A DNA stretch of 50,311 bases from Acidimicrobiia bacterium. GTDB taxonomy: Bacteria; Actinomycetota; Acidimicrobiia; Spongiisociales; UBA11373. How positions within the stretch are numbered: position 1 is the stretch's first letter; each line of letters starts with the position of its first letter. The translations under genes and the position numbers were made by a program. Shown in pieces: positions 20,177 to 30,165 of the stretch. Location of the stretch: assembly GCA_040878325.1 (NCBI GenBank), contig JBBDMM010000017.1, positions 1 through 50,311 on the forward strand. Direction: 5' to 3'. The notes beneath the pieces were generated by a model that searched no databases, was not told the origin of the DNA, and saw only the letters and a program-made list of their open reading frames with translations.

Positions 20177-21589
20177 CTACTTCTCCGTTCGCACCGACGA
20201 CGGCGAGCGCTTCGGTCGATCGGGGCGGGAGTCGACGGGACCGGGTCGCCTCATGATCTGGACCGGAGTGGGTACCTCGTCCTTCTGGTGATGGCGGGTC
20301 ACCGAGTCGTCGAACAACCACTGGTCGGCCTCCCGGATCGGCCGAAGCTGGTCGAACCAGGTGGCGTTCTCGTCGAACTCCGCGAAGAACGGAACCGCCA
20401 CCCTTTCCGGGGCCCTCGCCTGGAGGTACTCGAGCACGAACACCTTCTTCCCCGACACCTGGGCGGTTCCGGCCACCCTGATCTTCCCCGGCGTCGCCGA
20501 CATGGATGGCCCGCGCACGGTCCGGGCGAGGCCTGAGACCTGTCGGTAGGCCCGCCGGAAGATCGTCTGCGCCTCGGCCAGCGGCACCTCGAAGTAGGCC
20601 CGCGCCCCCGTGTCGCGCACCACGAACATGTAATACGGCACAAGACCTAGCTGGATCCCGCGCCGCCACAAGTCGGCCCAGATCTCCGGATCCGCGTTGA
20701 TGTGACGCAGCACCGGGCTCTGCATCCGGATGTTGGTGCCGGTGGAGACGACCCGCCTCGCCGCGTCCTGGGCGATGTCGGTGCCGAGTTCCACCGGGTG
20801 GGAGTAGTGCCCCATCAAGGCAACATGCTTGCCGGCGGCCACGATCTCCTCGAAGAGACCGAGGAGGTCGTCGGCATCGTCATCGGTCACGAATCGCTGT
20901 GGCCAATACGCCACCGCCTTCGACCCGATCCTGATGCTGGTGAGGTGATCGATCTTCAGGAGAGGCTCGATGTACCGCCGCAATACCCGGGTCTTCATGA
21001 TGAGCGGGTCGCCGCCCGTGATCAGCACGTCGGTGACCTCAGGGTGTGCGGCCAGATACGAGCCGACCAGTTCGGTGTCGTCGGTGCCGAAGCGAAGTTC
21101 CTTCGGGCCCACGAACTGGGCCCACCGGAAACAGAAGGTGCAATACGCGTGGCACGTCTGCCCCCTGTTCGGAAAGAACAGCACCGTCTCGCGGTACTTG
21201 TGCTGAATCCCATCGACCGGGGCACACTCGAACTCGGGGACATTGTGCGTCATCTGCCCGGCAGGGTGGGGGTTGAGGGTCGACCGAATCGAGTTCGCGG
21301 CCTCCTCCAGAACGGTGCGTTCCGCACCCGAGTCGACCAGCGCGGCCATCGTCTCGAAGTCTTCCTCACTCAGCATCCCCCGCTGGGGAAAGGTGAGCTG
21401 GAAGATGGGATCGGCGGGAAGGTTGTCCCAGTCGATCAGTTGATCGACGACGTAGTGGTTGGTCCGAAACGGCAGGACGGTCGCTACGACCCTCACCGCT
21501 CGCTGCAGCTCGGGATCGAGTGCCTGCCATTGGGGCAGCCGATCGATGTTCCCGGCATTGATGGCCTTGAACCTGGTGGTCTCGGTCAT
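20177..21589 (-). CDS. KamA-family radical SAM protein (lysine 2,3-aminomutase-like)
   Basis: HKYRETVL, CHAYCTFCFR (CxxxCxxC), DVLITGGDPL, PYYMF, PGK; GGAGG RBS. Confidence 0.9.
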   Translation of the reverse strand: MTETTRFKAINAGNIDRLPQWQALDPELQRAVRVVATVLPFRTNHYVVDQLIDWDNLPADPIFQLTFPQRGMLSEEDFETMAALVDSGAERTVLEEAANSIRSTLNPHPAGQMTHNVPEFECAPVDGIQHKYRETVLFFPNRGQTCHAYCTFCFRWAQFVGPKELRFGTDDTELVGSYLAAHPEVTDVLITGGDPLIMKTRVLRRYIEPLLKIDHLTSIRIGSKAVAYWPQRFVTDDDADDLLGLFEEIVAAGKHVALMGHYSHPVELGTDIAQDAARRVVSTGTNIRMQSPVLRHINADPEIWADLWRRGIQLGLVPYYMFVVRDTGARAYFEVPLAEAQTIFRRAYRQVSGLARTVRGPSMSATPGKIRVAGTAQVSGKKVFVLEYLQARAPERVAVPFFAEFDENATWFDQLRPIREADQWLFDDSVTRHHQKDEVPTPVQIMRRPGPVDSRPDRPKRSPSSVRTEK

Positions 21590-21692
21590 GGCACCTCCGT
21601 CGTTCGACCCGGCGAGTCCGTTCGAACCCGGCGAGAGCGTGCTGAACCGCCATTGTCGCACATGTAGGCGCGGGACGGGGGGCCGCGCTCAA

Positions 21693-21720
21693 AGGTCCCG
21701 CCTCCCGCCTCCCGCAAGAA
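21693..21720 (+). repeat. heptamer array AGGTCCC(GCCTCCC)2 capped by GCAAGAA
   Basis: read directly. Confidence 0.65.
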
Positions 21721-21775
21721 ACGGCCAGCGCTCGAGTGCCGCTACTCCTGCCGCGCGTCGGACCGTCGACCTGGC

Positions 21776-22315
21776 TCAGAGCAACTTGCCTGCCGGGCGG
21801 ATCACGGATCGGTCGACTCCCAGGCCTGCGAGCTCCTCGCGGGTGACCCATACGGCTTCGAGTACCTCGGTGTTGGGATTGAGGTCGGCGCCGTCGGCGA
21901 CAAAGGCGAACCGCACGTCGAAGTGAAGGTGCTCCGGTTGGTCGCCCGATGACCCGAAGCGATGAATGTCGATGTCGACCAGCCTTTCCGTGACCGGATG
22001 GAGCCGGGCGATCCCGGTCTCCTCGACGATCTCCCGGCGGGCGGCCTCGAGCAGCGACGGATCACCGGGATCCACATGCCCTCCGGGTTGCACCCAGATC
22101 CCCAGCCGGGCGTGATGGATCAGCAACAGCCGGTCGCCGTCCGGATGCACCACGAACCCGCTGGCAGTGAAATGGCCGGGGTCGTACTCGGTGCGCCGGA
22201 ACGGATCGTGGGCCACCGCAGCGAGGTCGAGCATGCGCACCCGGTAGGCCTGCTCGTCGGGGTCAGAGGGGTCGTAGGCCGTAAGTAGGGAGATCAGCTC
22301 TGCGCGGCCGGCCAT
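21776..22315 (-). CDS. NUDIX hydrolase
   Basis: GHFTAS, WVQPGGHVD, AARREIVEETG, HLHFDVRF. Confidence 0.9.
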   Translation of the reverse strand: MAGRAELISLLTAYDPSDPDEQAYRVRMLDLAAVAHDPFRRTEYDPGHFTASGFVVHPDGDRLLLIHHARLGIWVQPGGHVDPGDPSLLEAARREIVEETGIARLHPVTERLVDIDIHRFGSSGDQPEHLHFDVRFAFVADGADLNPNTEVLEAVWVTREELAGLGVDRSVIRPAGKLL

Positions 22316-22323
22316 CTCAAGAT

Positions 22324-22394
22324 GCAATGCGCAATGCGCAATGCGCAAGGCGACCAACCGCATCGCGCGCCGCGCATCGCGCATCGCGCATCGC
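22324..22394. repeat. paired inverted heptamer arrays (GCAATGC)3-GCAAGGC and (GCATCGC)~5
   Basis: 22324-22351 and 22360-22394. Confidence 0.85.
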
Positions 22395-22435
22395 GGCGAG
22401 AGGCGGCCCGGCGCGATCTGGGTAAACGACCCCGA

Positions 22436-23242
22436 TCACCCCCCACCGCCGTTGGCCTCATCACGCCACGCGACCCACCTGTCGAGGAACGCCAGGTCGT
22501 AGAGGGGGCCGCCTTTGCCGAAGGTGAGCAAGGTGGCCCCGGCTTCCACCAGGGTATCGCCGACGGAGGGGTCGTCCCACGAGGCCATCCGAATGCCTGC
22601 CGAGCGCTCGATCTCCGCTGGATCGCGGCTGACGGCCCGGCAGTGACCGTCGAGCACCTCGTTCTTGTGGCGGATCGTCTCGGCGTCACCGAAGCCGTGC
22701 CAGATGTCCGCATGCTCGGCGGTGATCCGAAGGGTGACCTTCTCTCCCCCGCCGCCAACCATGATCGGCATGTCCCGCAGCGGCGGCGGGTTCAACTTTG
22801 TGAGCCGCTCCTCGATGATCGGCAGGTCCCGCTTCAGGGCCCGCAGGCGCCCTGGCGCGGTCCCGAACTCGTATCCGAACTCCAGGTAGTCGCGCTCGAA
22901 CCACCCGGAACCGATGCCGAGAATCACCCGCCCCCCCGAGATGTGATCCACGGTGCGGGCCATGTCCGCCAGCAGGTTCGGATTCCGGTACGAGTTGCAG
23001 GTCACCAGCGGGCCGATCTCGACCCGGCTGGTCACCTCGGCGAAGGACGCCAACTGGGTCCAGCACTCGAAATGCGCCCCATCGGGATCGTCGTAAAGGG
23101 GGTAGAAGTGGTCCCAGTTGAAGACGATGTCCACCCCGCGCTCCTCAGCTTCGATGGCGGCATCCCGCATCGCCCCATAGGACGCCTGCTGCGGATGCAC
23201 TTGAAGGGCGAGCCGGATGGGGTACGGGTAGGGAGAGTTCAT
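22436..23242 (-). CDS. LLM class F420-dependent oxidoreductase
   Basis: NWDHFYPL, SYRNPNLLADMARTVDHIS, GIGSGWFERDY, GGGGEKVTL; start at 23242 or 23254. Confidence 0.9.
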   Translation of the reverse strand: MNSPYPYPIRLALQVHPQQASYGAMRDAAIEAEERGVDIVFNWDHFYPLYDDPDGAHFECWTQLASFAEVTSRVEIGPLVTCNSYRNPNLLADMARTVDHISGGRVILGIGSGWFERDYLEFGYEFGTAPGRLRALKRDLPIIEERLTKLNPPPLRDMPIMVGGGGEKVTLRITAEHADIWHGFGDAETIRHKNEVLDGHCRAVSRDPAEIERSAGIRMASWDDPSVGDTLVEAGATLLTFGKGGPLYDLAFLDRWVAWRDEANGGGG

Positions 23243-23264
23243 GAGGTCAGACACTAGGAGAGGA

Positions 23265-23339
23265 GCGAAAGGCGAAAGGCGAAAGGCGAAACCGCGTCAG
23301 TACTTCTCTTGTCTTACCAATCGCCAAATCGCCAATCGC
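23265..23339. repeat. paired heptamer arrays (GCGAAAG)3-GCGAAAC and minus-strand (GCGATTG)~3-GTAAGAC
   Basis: 23265-23292 and 23311-23339. Confidence 0.8.
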
Positions 23340-23363
23340 TGGGCGAGCGAAGCAAGGCGCTGC

Positions 23364-25613
23364 TCACCCCGCTCCAACCTTCAGTCGCTCGGCAAACACT
23401 CTCCGCGGGCCGGAGCGGGCGAAGACGGTGAGCACGTCCCCTGCCTCGAGCACGGTGTGGCCGGTGGGGACGATCACCTCGCCGAGGCGTCGCACCGACA
23501 CCACCGTGCACCCTGCCGGTACGGCCACCTCCCGTATCGGCCTTCCCGCCGCCGTCGAACCACGAGGAATCTCCAAGTCGAAGAAGCGTGCTTCGTCGTC
23601 GGGGACCACGATGTCGAGCTCGGCGGTGTCGCCGGCGTGGAGACGCTCGTCCAGTTGGGCTCCCACCCCGGGGCGGGCGAAGACGGTGAGGACGTCGTCG
23701 TGCCGCAGCCTGGTGTTCCCGTCGGGTACCAGCACCTCCAACCCCCTTCTGACCGACACGACCGTGGCCCCGCCCGGAACCGGCAATTCCTTGAGAAGTC
23801 GCCCGTCGGCGACCGAACCGGGGGTGATACGCACCTCGTGGAAGTCGGCGCCGGCGGCCACCCTCGCCTGGAGGCGGGAACGGCCCAGGTCGTGATCGAT
23901 CTCCTGCCCGAGAGCGATGTGATAGGCCTTGACGGCGTCCTCGCGGCGGAACATCGCAATCAGCCGACCCGGATCGTCGTCGGCGACGACCGGGATCCGT
24001 CCGATGCCGACCGAGGCCATCCGCTCCAGTACCTGCGACACCGGTGTCGCCGGGGTGACCGTGACCGGGCGCGGCGTCATGGCGTCGGCCGCGGTCACCG
24101 AGTCGGACGGGCCACCAGTCCGAACGATGTCGCTGACTGTGAGCACGCCCACCAGGCGCCCGCCGTCGACCACCGGGACACCGTGGAGGCGGTTCTCGTC
24201 CATCAGTCGCTGGACCTCGGCGGTCGTCGCGGAAACCTCCGCGGCGACAGGGGTGCGATCCACGATCTCCGCCACCGTCACGGTGTCGAGAAGATCCACC
24301 TCGCTCCGTCTGGTGAGGGTGATCCCCATCTTCCGTAGCGCCATCGAGTAGACGCTGTCGCGGTGCACCCGGTCGGCGAGGAAGGTCGCCAGTGAGGCAG
24401 CCAGCATCAGGGGCAAGACCAGGCCGTAGTCCTGGGTGATCTCGAACACGATCAGGATCGAGGTCAACGGGGCCCGGGCGACCGCGGCGAAGGTCGCCGC
24501 CATCCCGACCACAGCGAATGAGCCGGGCTCGAGGGTCGAAACGGTCCAGAACGGGGCGACGAGGTCGGTGAACCCGGCCCCGAGTGCCGCACCGATGAAA
24601 AGACTGGGCATGAAGGCGCCGCCCGACCCGCCCGAACCCAGTGTGAGGGCGGTCGCCACGATCTTGGCGAGGGCGATGCCGAGGACGGCGTACCAGACGA
24701 TCGAGTCGGTGGTGAGGAGGCCGAGCAGACCCCGCACGTAGTCCTGCCCGGTACCGAGGATCCGGGGCTCGAAGAACCCGATACCGGCCACCAGCAGCCC
24801 CAGCACCACCGGCCCCACCCAGGCGCGCCTCGGCTTCCCCACCGAGTCCGCGGCATGGATCGCCCGCAGGAACAGCCAGCCAACGAGGGCGGCGAGCACC
24901 CCGAGCAGCGCATACAGGATGAGCTCGCGCGGGTCGCGGACCCGGTGGGGGAACGAGCGGAGGATCAGTTCCTCACCCACGATCGATCGAGTGGTCACCG
25001 CGGCCGACACCGAGGCCACCACCACTGCATTCAGATGGCGGATGGCAAAGTTGCCGAGGATCACTTCCATCGCAAACAGCATCCCGGCGATGGGTGCGTT
25101 GAACGAGGCCCCGATGGCCGCCCCGGCGCCTGCAGCCACCAGACTCCGCACCCGGTCTTCTCCGAGGCCAGTGTGCCGGGCGATCGAAGATCCGATCGAT
25201 GCTCCCACCTGGACGATCGGACCCTCCCGACCGGCCGATCCGCCGCTACCGACGGTGAGGGCGGTGGTCAGGATCTTGAGAGGGGCAGATCGCGTAGGCA
25301 GATAGCCGGACCGCACCGCCAGAGCAGCCGCCGCCTCGGGCACGCCATCGCCCGCCACTTCCGGGGCGAAGCGACGGGCAATGGCCCACGCGAGCAACAG
25401 GCCGAGCGGCACAGTTCCGAGAAAGATCAGCTGGGGTGTATCGAGTGACTCACCGGCCCACTCGATGATTTCCGCAATGCCCTCGATCGCCCCGATGAGG
25501 CCGGCCGCCGCCAGGCCGACGATCACCCCGACCGCCACCGAAAGGGCAAGAAACACTGCAGCGCCCCTGCGTTGCAAAGCCGAGACGAGCATCCCCCAGA
25601 GGCGACGAAGCAT
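23364..25613 (-). CDS. CLC chloride channel/antiporter with CBS pair and two TrkA-C (RCK_C) domains
   Basis: GDGVP, GREGP, FNAPIAG, GGAFMPSL; CBS repeats; duplicated PGS..G....E..VP....VVSVRR..EV.VP.G.T.L...DVLTVFAR. Confidence 0.92.
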   Translation of the reverse strand: MLRRLWGMLVSALQRRGAAVFLALSVAVGVIVGLAAAGLIGAIEGIAEIIEWAGESLDTPQLIFLGTVPLGLLLAWAIARRFAPEVAGDGVPEAAAALAVRSGYLPTRSAPLKILTTALTVGSGGSAGREGPIVQVGASIGSSIARHTGLGEDRVRSLVAAGAGAAIGASFNAPIAGMLFAMEVILGNFAIRHLNAVVVASVSAAVTTRSIVGEELILRSFPHRVRDPRELILYALLGVLAALVGWLFLRAIHAADSVGKPRRAWVGPVVLGLLVAGIGFFEPRILGTGQDYVRGLLGLLTTDSIVWYAVLGIALAKIVATALTLGSGGSGGAFMPSLFIGAALGAGFTDLVAPFWTVSTLEPGSFAVVGMAATFAAVARAPLTSILIVFEITQDYGLVLPLMLAASLATFLADRVHRDSVYSMALRKMGITLTRRSEVDLLDTVTVAEIVDRTPVAAEVSATTAEVQRLMDENRLHGVPVVDGGRLVGVLTVSDIVRTGGPSDSVTAADAMTPRPVTVTPATPVSQVLERMASVGIGRIPVVADDDPGRLIAMFRREDAVKAYHIALGQEIDHDLGRSRLQARVAAGADFHEVRITPGSVADGRLLKELPVPGGATVVSVRRGLEVLVPDGNTRLRHDDVLTVFARPGVGAQLDERLHAGDTAELDIVVPDDEARFFDLEIPRGSTAAGRPIREVAVPAGCTVVSVRRLGEVIVPTGHTVLEAGDVLTVFARSGPRRVFAERLKVGAG

Positions 25614-25695
25614 CAGGGGACGATAACGCCCGGTCCCGGGGTGCACCCGACAGCCCGGTAGGCGTCAGACAATGGACGGAGGGGGGTCGGCTCTC

Positions 25696-26190
25696 TCAGC
25701 GGCAGGGATGCAAATCGCCGCAGCGGTGGTACCGCAGGTACACCAGGTTCTCTTGATCGATCCCCTGCTCTTCGAGGGATGCGCGGATGGGGGCGTTGAG
25801 GGTGTCGTCGATCATCGACCAGGGCGCGAGCATCACCCCGAGACCATCCTTGCGCAAACAGGTCTCACCCAGGCCACACACCCGGGTGGTCCACCCGTCG
25901 CCGCGCAGACTTTCGGCGACTTCTTCGATGACTTGATCAGCGGGGACACCCGGTTGATCGAGGACGAGGCCGTACCCGTCGCACTCCGAGGCGTCACAAG
26001 TCGAATGTGAATCCACCACCTCGATGCCGCCCGGCAGGACGAGAAGTTCGACGTCGGGCAGTGTGGGCCGGTCGTCGGCGATGACTGCAGCCACCATCGA
26101 GGTGGCGACGATGAGAAAGCTGCCCAGCATCAGCACCCCGATGACCAGCATCGAGGCGGGGAGAGTGCGAGTCTCATCGATCAAAGTCAC
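25696..26190 (-). CDS. hypothetical membrane-anchored protein with Cys pairs
   Basis: N-terminal TM helix; CDASEC, CGLGETC and CGDLHPC; follows rplQ on the same strand. Confidence 0.6.
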   Translation of the reverse strand: MTLIDETRTLPASMLVIGVLMLGSFLIVATSMVAAVIADDRPTLPDVELLVLPGGIEVVDSHSTCDASECDGYGLVLDQPGVPADQVIEEVAESLRGDGWTTRVCGLGETCLRKDGLGVMLAPWSMIDDTLNAPIRASLEEQGIDQENLVYLRYHRCGDLHPCR

Positions 26191-26264
26191 GCGCTCCGAC
26201 CCGCGACGGGCGACCCCAGGCGTACGCGAGGATCAGCGGTCCAGAGTGCCATCGAGCTGAAGGC

Positions 26265-26615
26265 TCAGACGAGCTCGACGACTGCCATTTCGGCGCCATC
26301 ACCCCGCCGCGGCCCGAGGCGCACGATCCGGGTGTAACCGCCAGGCCGCTCGGCATACCGGGGGGCGACCATGTCGAATAGGCGAGTGACGACTTCGGTG
26401 TCCTCGATGTCGGCGAGCACCATGCGGCGGGCATGGAGCGAGCCGGTCCGAGCCTTGGTGATCAGCTTCTCGGCATAGGGCCGCAGCATCTTTGCCTTGG
26501 CGACGGTGGTGGTGACCCGCTCATCCCAGATGAGCTCCTTGGCAAGGTTGCTCAGGATGTGCTTCTGATGGGTGGCGTCACCGCCGAGCCGGGGACCCTT
26601 CTTGGGGCGAGGCAT
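26265..26615 (-). CDS. rplQ: 50S ribosomal protein L17
   Basis: [23 protein letters not shown]. Confidence 0.98.
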   Translation of the reverse strand: MPRPKKGPRLGGDATHQKHILSNLAKELIWDERVTTTVAKAKMLRPYAEKLITKARTGSLHARRMVLADIEDTEVVTRLFDMVAPRYAERPGGYTRIVRLGPRRGDGAEMAVVELV

Positions 26616-27565
26616 CAGGCGCTGACTTCCTGGTCCCGCGCCGAGGCCAGCGACAAGCCGAGCTCGTCGAGCTTGGCCGCCACTTCTTCGAGGCTCTTCT
26701 GTCCGAAGTTGGTGATGTTGAGCAGGTCTTCCTCGGTCCGCAGCACCAGCTCGCCCACCGTCTGGATCTGGGCGCGGCGCAGGCAGTTGCGAGGACGCTC
26801 GGAGAGGTCGAGGGCCTCGATCGGAAGGTCCAGGTCCGGCGAGCTCGACTCGGCCGTCACCACATCGCCCAACTCGAGCCCGACCCCCTCGCCGAAATCG
26901 GCGAAGAGCCCCATCAACTCGTTCAGCGTCTTGCCGGCCGACGAGATCGCCTCGCGGGGGGTGGCCGACCCGTCGGTGTGGATGTCGATGATGAGCTTGT
27001 CGAAGTTCGTCATCTGCCCCACCTGGGTGTTGCCGACCGTGTACGCCACCTTGCGCACCGGCGAGAAGATCGAGTCGATGGGGATCACGCCGATCCCTTC
27101 GCCGCGATTGTTCTTGTCGGCGCTGCGGTAGCCGACCCCGCGCTCGGCGGACATCTCGATCTCGAGCTTGCCCGACGACGAGAGCGTTGCGAGGTGATGG
27201 TCGGGGTTGACGATCTCCACCCCGGCCGGGGCCTTGATGTCGCCGGCGGTGATTTCGCCCTTGCCCTTGGCGGTCAGATAGAGCACCTGAGGCCCGTCGA
27301 CATCGATGCGGAGGACCACCTGCTTGAGGTTGAGGATGATGTCGACCACGTCCTCGGTTACCCCGGTGACGGTGGCGAACTCATGCTGCACCCCCTCGAT
27401 GCGGACGCTGGTGATGGCCGCACCCGGGATGCGGGCCAGCAGCGTGCGCCGCAGGGTGTTCCCCAGCGTGTAGCCGAAACCTGGTTCGAGCGGCTCAACG
27501 ATGAAACGCGAGCGGTCGTCGTCGACGACTTCTTCCTCGATCTGTGGACGCTGGACGATCAACAC
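26615..27565 (-). CDS. rpoA: RNA polymerase alpha subunit
   Basis: [29 protein letters not shown]. Confidence 0.99.
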   Translation of the reverse strand: MLIVQRPQIEEEVVDDDRSRFIVEPLEPGFGYTLGNTLRRTLLARIPGAAITSVRIEGVQHEFATVTGVTEDVVDIILNLKQVVLRIDVDGPQVLYLTAKGKGEITAGDIKAPAGVEIVNPDHHLATLSSSGKLEIEMSAERGVGYRSADKNNRGEGIGVIPIDSIFSPVRKVAYTVGNTQVGQMTNFDKLIIDIHTDGSATPREAISSAGKTLNELMGLFADFGEGVGLELGDVVTAESSSPDLDLPIEALDLSERPRNCLRRAQIQTVGELVLRTEEDLLNITNFGQKSLEEVAAKLDELGLSLASARDQEVSA

Positions 27566-27577
27566 GGTTCGGGCCCC

Positions 27578-28204
27578 TTACTTCGAGTACAGCTCGACGA
27601 TCAGCTGCTCCTGGACCTGGGTGTCGATTTGCACCCGGCTCGGGAGGCTGGTGATTGTGATCTTGCGCGCATCGGGTTCAACGTCCATCCATTCGACCTG
27701 GCTCCGAGAGCCCGAGGTATCGATGGCATGCTGGACAGCAATCATTTGCTTGCTGCGGTCCCGAATGGTGACCACGTCGCCGGGGCGCACCCGGTATGAA
27801 GGAATGGTGACCCTCCGCCCGTTCACGCTGAAGTGGCCGTGGGCGACGAGCTGGCGCGACTGGGCCCGCGACTCGGCGAACCGGGCGCGGTACACGACGT
27901 TGTCGAGACGGCTCTCGAGGATGCGGAGGAGGTTCTCGCCGGTGATGCCCTTCTGGCGGGCGGCCTCGCGGTAGTAGCCACGGAACTGCTTCTCGAGCAC
28001 GCCGTAGATGCGGCGGGCCTTCTGCTTCTCGCGCAGCTGGATGAGGTACTGGGTCTCACGGATGCGGCCGCGGCCGTGCTCACCCGGCGGATACGGCTTG
28101 CGCTCGACGGCGCACTTGCTCGACTCGCAACGCGCCCCCTTGAGGAACAACTTGGTGCGCTCACGGCGGCAGAGTCGGCAGACGGGTCCGATGTACCGTG
28201 CCAT
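27578..28204 (-). CDS. rpsD: 30S ribosomal protein S4
   Basis: [34 protein letters not shown]. Confidence 0.99.
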   Translation of the reverse strand: MARYIGPVCRLCRRERTKLFLKGARCESSKCAVERKPYPPGEHGRGRIRETQYLIQLREKQKARRIYGVLEKQFRGYYREAARQKGITGENLLRILESRLDNVVYRARFAESRAQSRQLVAHGHFSVNGRRVTIPSYRVRPGDVVTIRDRSKQMIAVQHAIDTSGSRSQVEWMDVEPDARKITITSLPSRVQIDTQVQEQLIVELYSK

Positions 28205-28593
28205 CAGCTACCCCGCCGCTTCTTGAGGCGGACGCCGTTGTGGGCCATCGGGGTGATGTCTTTGATCCCGGTGACCTCCATGCCCATGGTCTGGAGCGTG
28301 CGGACCGCGGTGTCCCGGCCGGATCCCGAACCACGGACGATCACGTCCACCTTGCGCATCCCGAACTCGCCGGCACGGCGGGCGGCCTGCTCGGCAGCCA
28401 CCTGCGCGGCGTACGGCGTCGACTTCCTCGAGCCCTTGAAGCCGACGGTCCCCCCGGAGGTCCATACGATGGTGTTGCCCTCGAGGTCGGTGATGTTGAT
28501 GATCGTGTTGTTGAAACTGGCGGTGATGTGCGCCTCACCATGGAGGATGTTCCGCCGTTCCCGCCGGCGTACCGGCTTCTTCTTATCGGCCAA
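28204..28593 (-). CDS. rpsK: 30S ribosomal protein S11
   Basis: [27 protein letters not shown] start. Confidence 0.98.
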   Translation of the reverse strand: MADKKKPVRRRERRNILHGEAHITASFNNTIINITDLEGNTIVWTSGGTVGFKGSRKSTPYAAQVAAEQAARRAGEFGMRKVDVIVRGSGSGRDTAVRTLQTMGMEVTGIKDITPMAHNGVRLKKRRGS

Positions 28594-28613
28594 GAGATCG
28601 ACTCCTCACTGCC

Positions 28614-28991
28614 CTACTTCGTGACCTTCTTCTTGCCCGCAATCGCCTTGCGCGGACCCTTGCGGGTACGAGCATTGGTGTGCGTGCGCTGGCCCCTGAC
28701 GGGGAGGCCGCGCCGGTGGCGGACTCCCTGATAGGTGCCGATTTCGACCTTGCGCTTGATGTTCTGTGCCACCTCGCGCCGCAGGTCGCCCTCGACCCGG
28801 AAATTGGCGTCGATGTACTGGCGGATCTTGGAGACCTCGTCATCGGTGAGGTCGCGGACCTTGGTGTCCTGGTTGATGCCCAGATCGACGCAGGTTGCCC
28901 GCGATGCGGTGCGCCCCACTCCGAAGATGTATGTCAGCCCGATTACCACCCGCTTGTCGCGGGGAAGGTCGACGCCGGAGATTCTTGCCAC
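28614..28991 (-). CDS. rpsM: 30S ribosomal protein S13
   Basis: [27 protein letters not shown]. Confidence 0.99.
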   Translation of the reverse strand: MARISGVDLPRDKRVVIGLTYIFGVGRTASRATCVDLGINQDTKVRDLTDDEVSKIRQYIDANFRVEGDLRREVAQNIKRKVEIGTYQGVRHRRGLPVRGQRTHTNARTRKGPRKAIAGKKKVTK

Positions 28992-28996
28992 TTAGT

Positions 28997-29110
28997 TCAC
29001 CCCTGCCGCTGCTTGTGGCGCGGATTCGGACAGATCACCCAGACCCGCCCCCGGCGTCGGATGATGCGACATTTCTCGCACATCTTCTTGGCGCTCGGGC
29101 GTACCTTCAC
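28997..29110 (-). CDS. rpmJ: 50S ribosomal protein L36 (not in the ORF track)
   Basis: manual translation [40 protein letters not shown] start, AGGAG RBS. Confidence 0.97.
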   Translation of the reverse strand: MKVRPSAKKMCEKCRIIRRRGRVWVICPNPRHKQRQG

Positions 29111-29281
29111 GGGCTCTTCTCTCCTGCGGCGGCGTCATCGGGCACGCTCAGACCCATTGATTGGGTTTGGGGGGTCCCGACGAACGACACCGATCCGGTT
29201 CACTCGTCAGCGGTCCTGAATCGACTAATGCTGTCCAGTACCTGTAAACACACCAAAGGGGCCCCGAAGGGCCGGACCGGA

Positions 29282-29310
29282 AGAGTACCGCGGGCGCAGA
29301 ACAAGGACAA
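29282..29310 (-). promoter_or_regulatory. sigma70-type promoter for the rpmJ-alpha operon
   Basis: TTGTCC-N17-TACTCT on minus strand. Confidence 0.6.
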
Positions 29311-29350
29311 GTTCGGGAAAGTGGGTCGGCACCCCGCGGAATCGGGGGTT

Positions 29351-30046
29351 TCAGGCAGCGACCGGATTGACCACCAATGAGGTTGCCAGGCCGCCCGAGA
29401 GATGGACGCTTCCATGAGGAGTCGTCACCAGGCACCCTCCGTCGTCGCCCACCGCCAGCAGGGTCACCAATGCCCCCTCCCCCAGGCCCTCCTCGATGAG
29501 GAATGACCGAATCGCCGCGTCGTGCGGGCCCCGGATCACGATCCCCGAATCGCCCACGGCCATTTCGGACACCGCGATCTCACGGCTACGGGACACGCTG
29601 ACGCCCTCATCGCGAGGGATCGGCTTGCCCGAAGGGCCGACGGTCGGATCGCCCAGGAACTCCGCCAACCGACCGGCGACGTCCGCCGGAGTGACATGCT
29701 CGAACTCGCAAGCCACCGCGTCCGCCGCACTCGGCGTGAGGCCGAGATGCTCCGCGAGAAAAAGCGCCCACAGTCGCCGGCGGCGGAGGATCACCCGGGC
29801 GACAGCATCCCCATCGGGAGTGAGGCGAACGCCCTTGTACGGGGTGTAGGTGAGCAGCCCCCGCGCCTCGAGTTTCTTGATCATCTCGTTGGCGGCGACC
29901 TTCGAGACCGCCATCGCCTTGGCGAGATGGGGCACTGGGACCGGATCGAGCTGCCCGTCTTCGACGGCCATGGCGACCGTGATGAGGTACATCTCCTCGC
30001 TCTCGGTGGTCACGTCGGTGCCCGACGTGGCCTCGCTCTTCGCCAT
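29351..30046 (-). CDS. DtxR/MntR-family metal-dependent regulator with C-terminal FeoA-like domain
   Basis: EEMYL, YTPYKGVRLT, ACEFEH, LGDPTVGPSGKPIP. Confidence 0.9.
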   Translation of the reverse strand: MAKSEATSGTDVTTESEEMYLITVAMAVEDGQLDPVPVPHLAKAMAVSKVAANEMIKKLEARGLLTYTPYKGVRLTPDGDAVARVILRRRRLWALFLAEHLGLTPSAADAVACEFEHVTPADVAGRLAEFLGDPTVGPSGKPIPRDEGVSVSRSREIAVSEMAVGDSGIVIRGPHDAAIRSFLIEEGLGEGALVTLLAVGDDGGCLVTTPHGSVHLSGGLATSLVVNPVAA

Positions 30047-30113
30047 ATTGCCGTCTCCCGGAGGAAGGCAATCAGGGTAGTCGCGAGCCCTCTGAGCCTC
30101 GTCCCCCCAGACG

Positions 30114-30145
30114 CGGTAAGCGCCGCATTGGTGCGGCGCTTACCG
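30114..30145. terminator. 14-bp perfect hairpin downstream of small membrane protein gene
   Basis: CGGTAAGCGCCGCA-TTGG-TGCGGCGCTTACCG. Confidence 0.7.
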
Positions 30146-30165
30146 ATCACTTGGTACTCCAGCCG

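Noticed and set aside
29148..29435. Small ORFs as infA candidates
   Set aside because: The translations lack IF-1 motifs; the region is better explained as promoter and leader.
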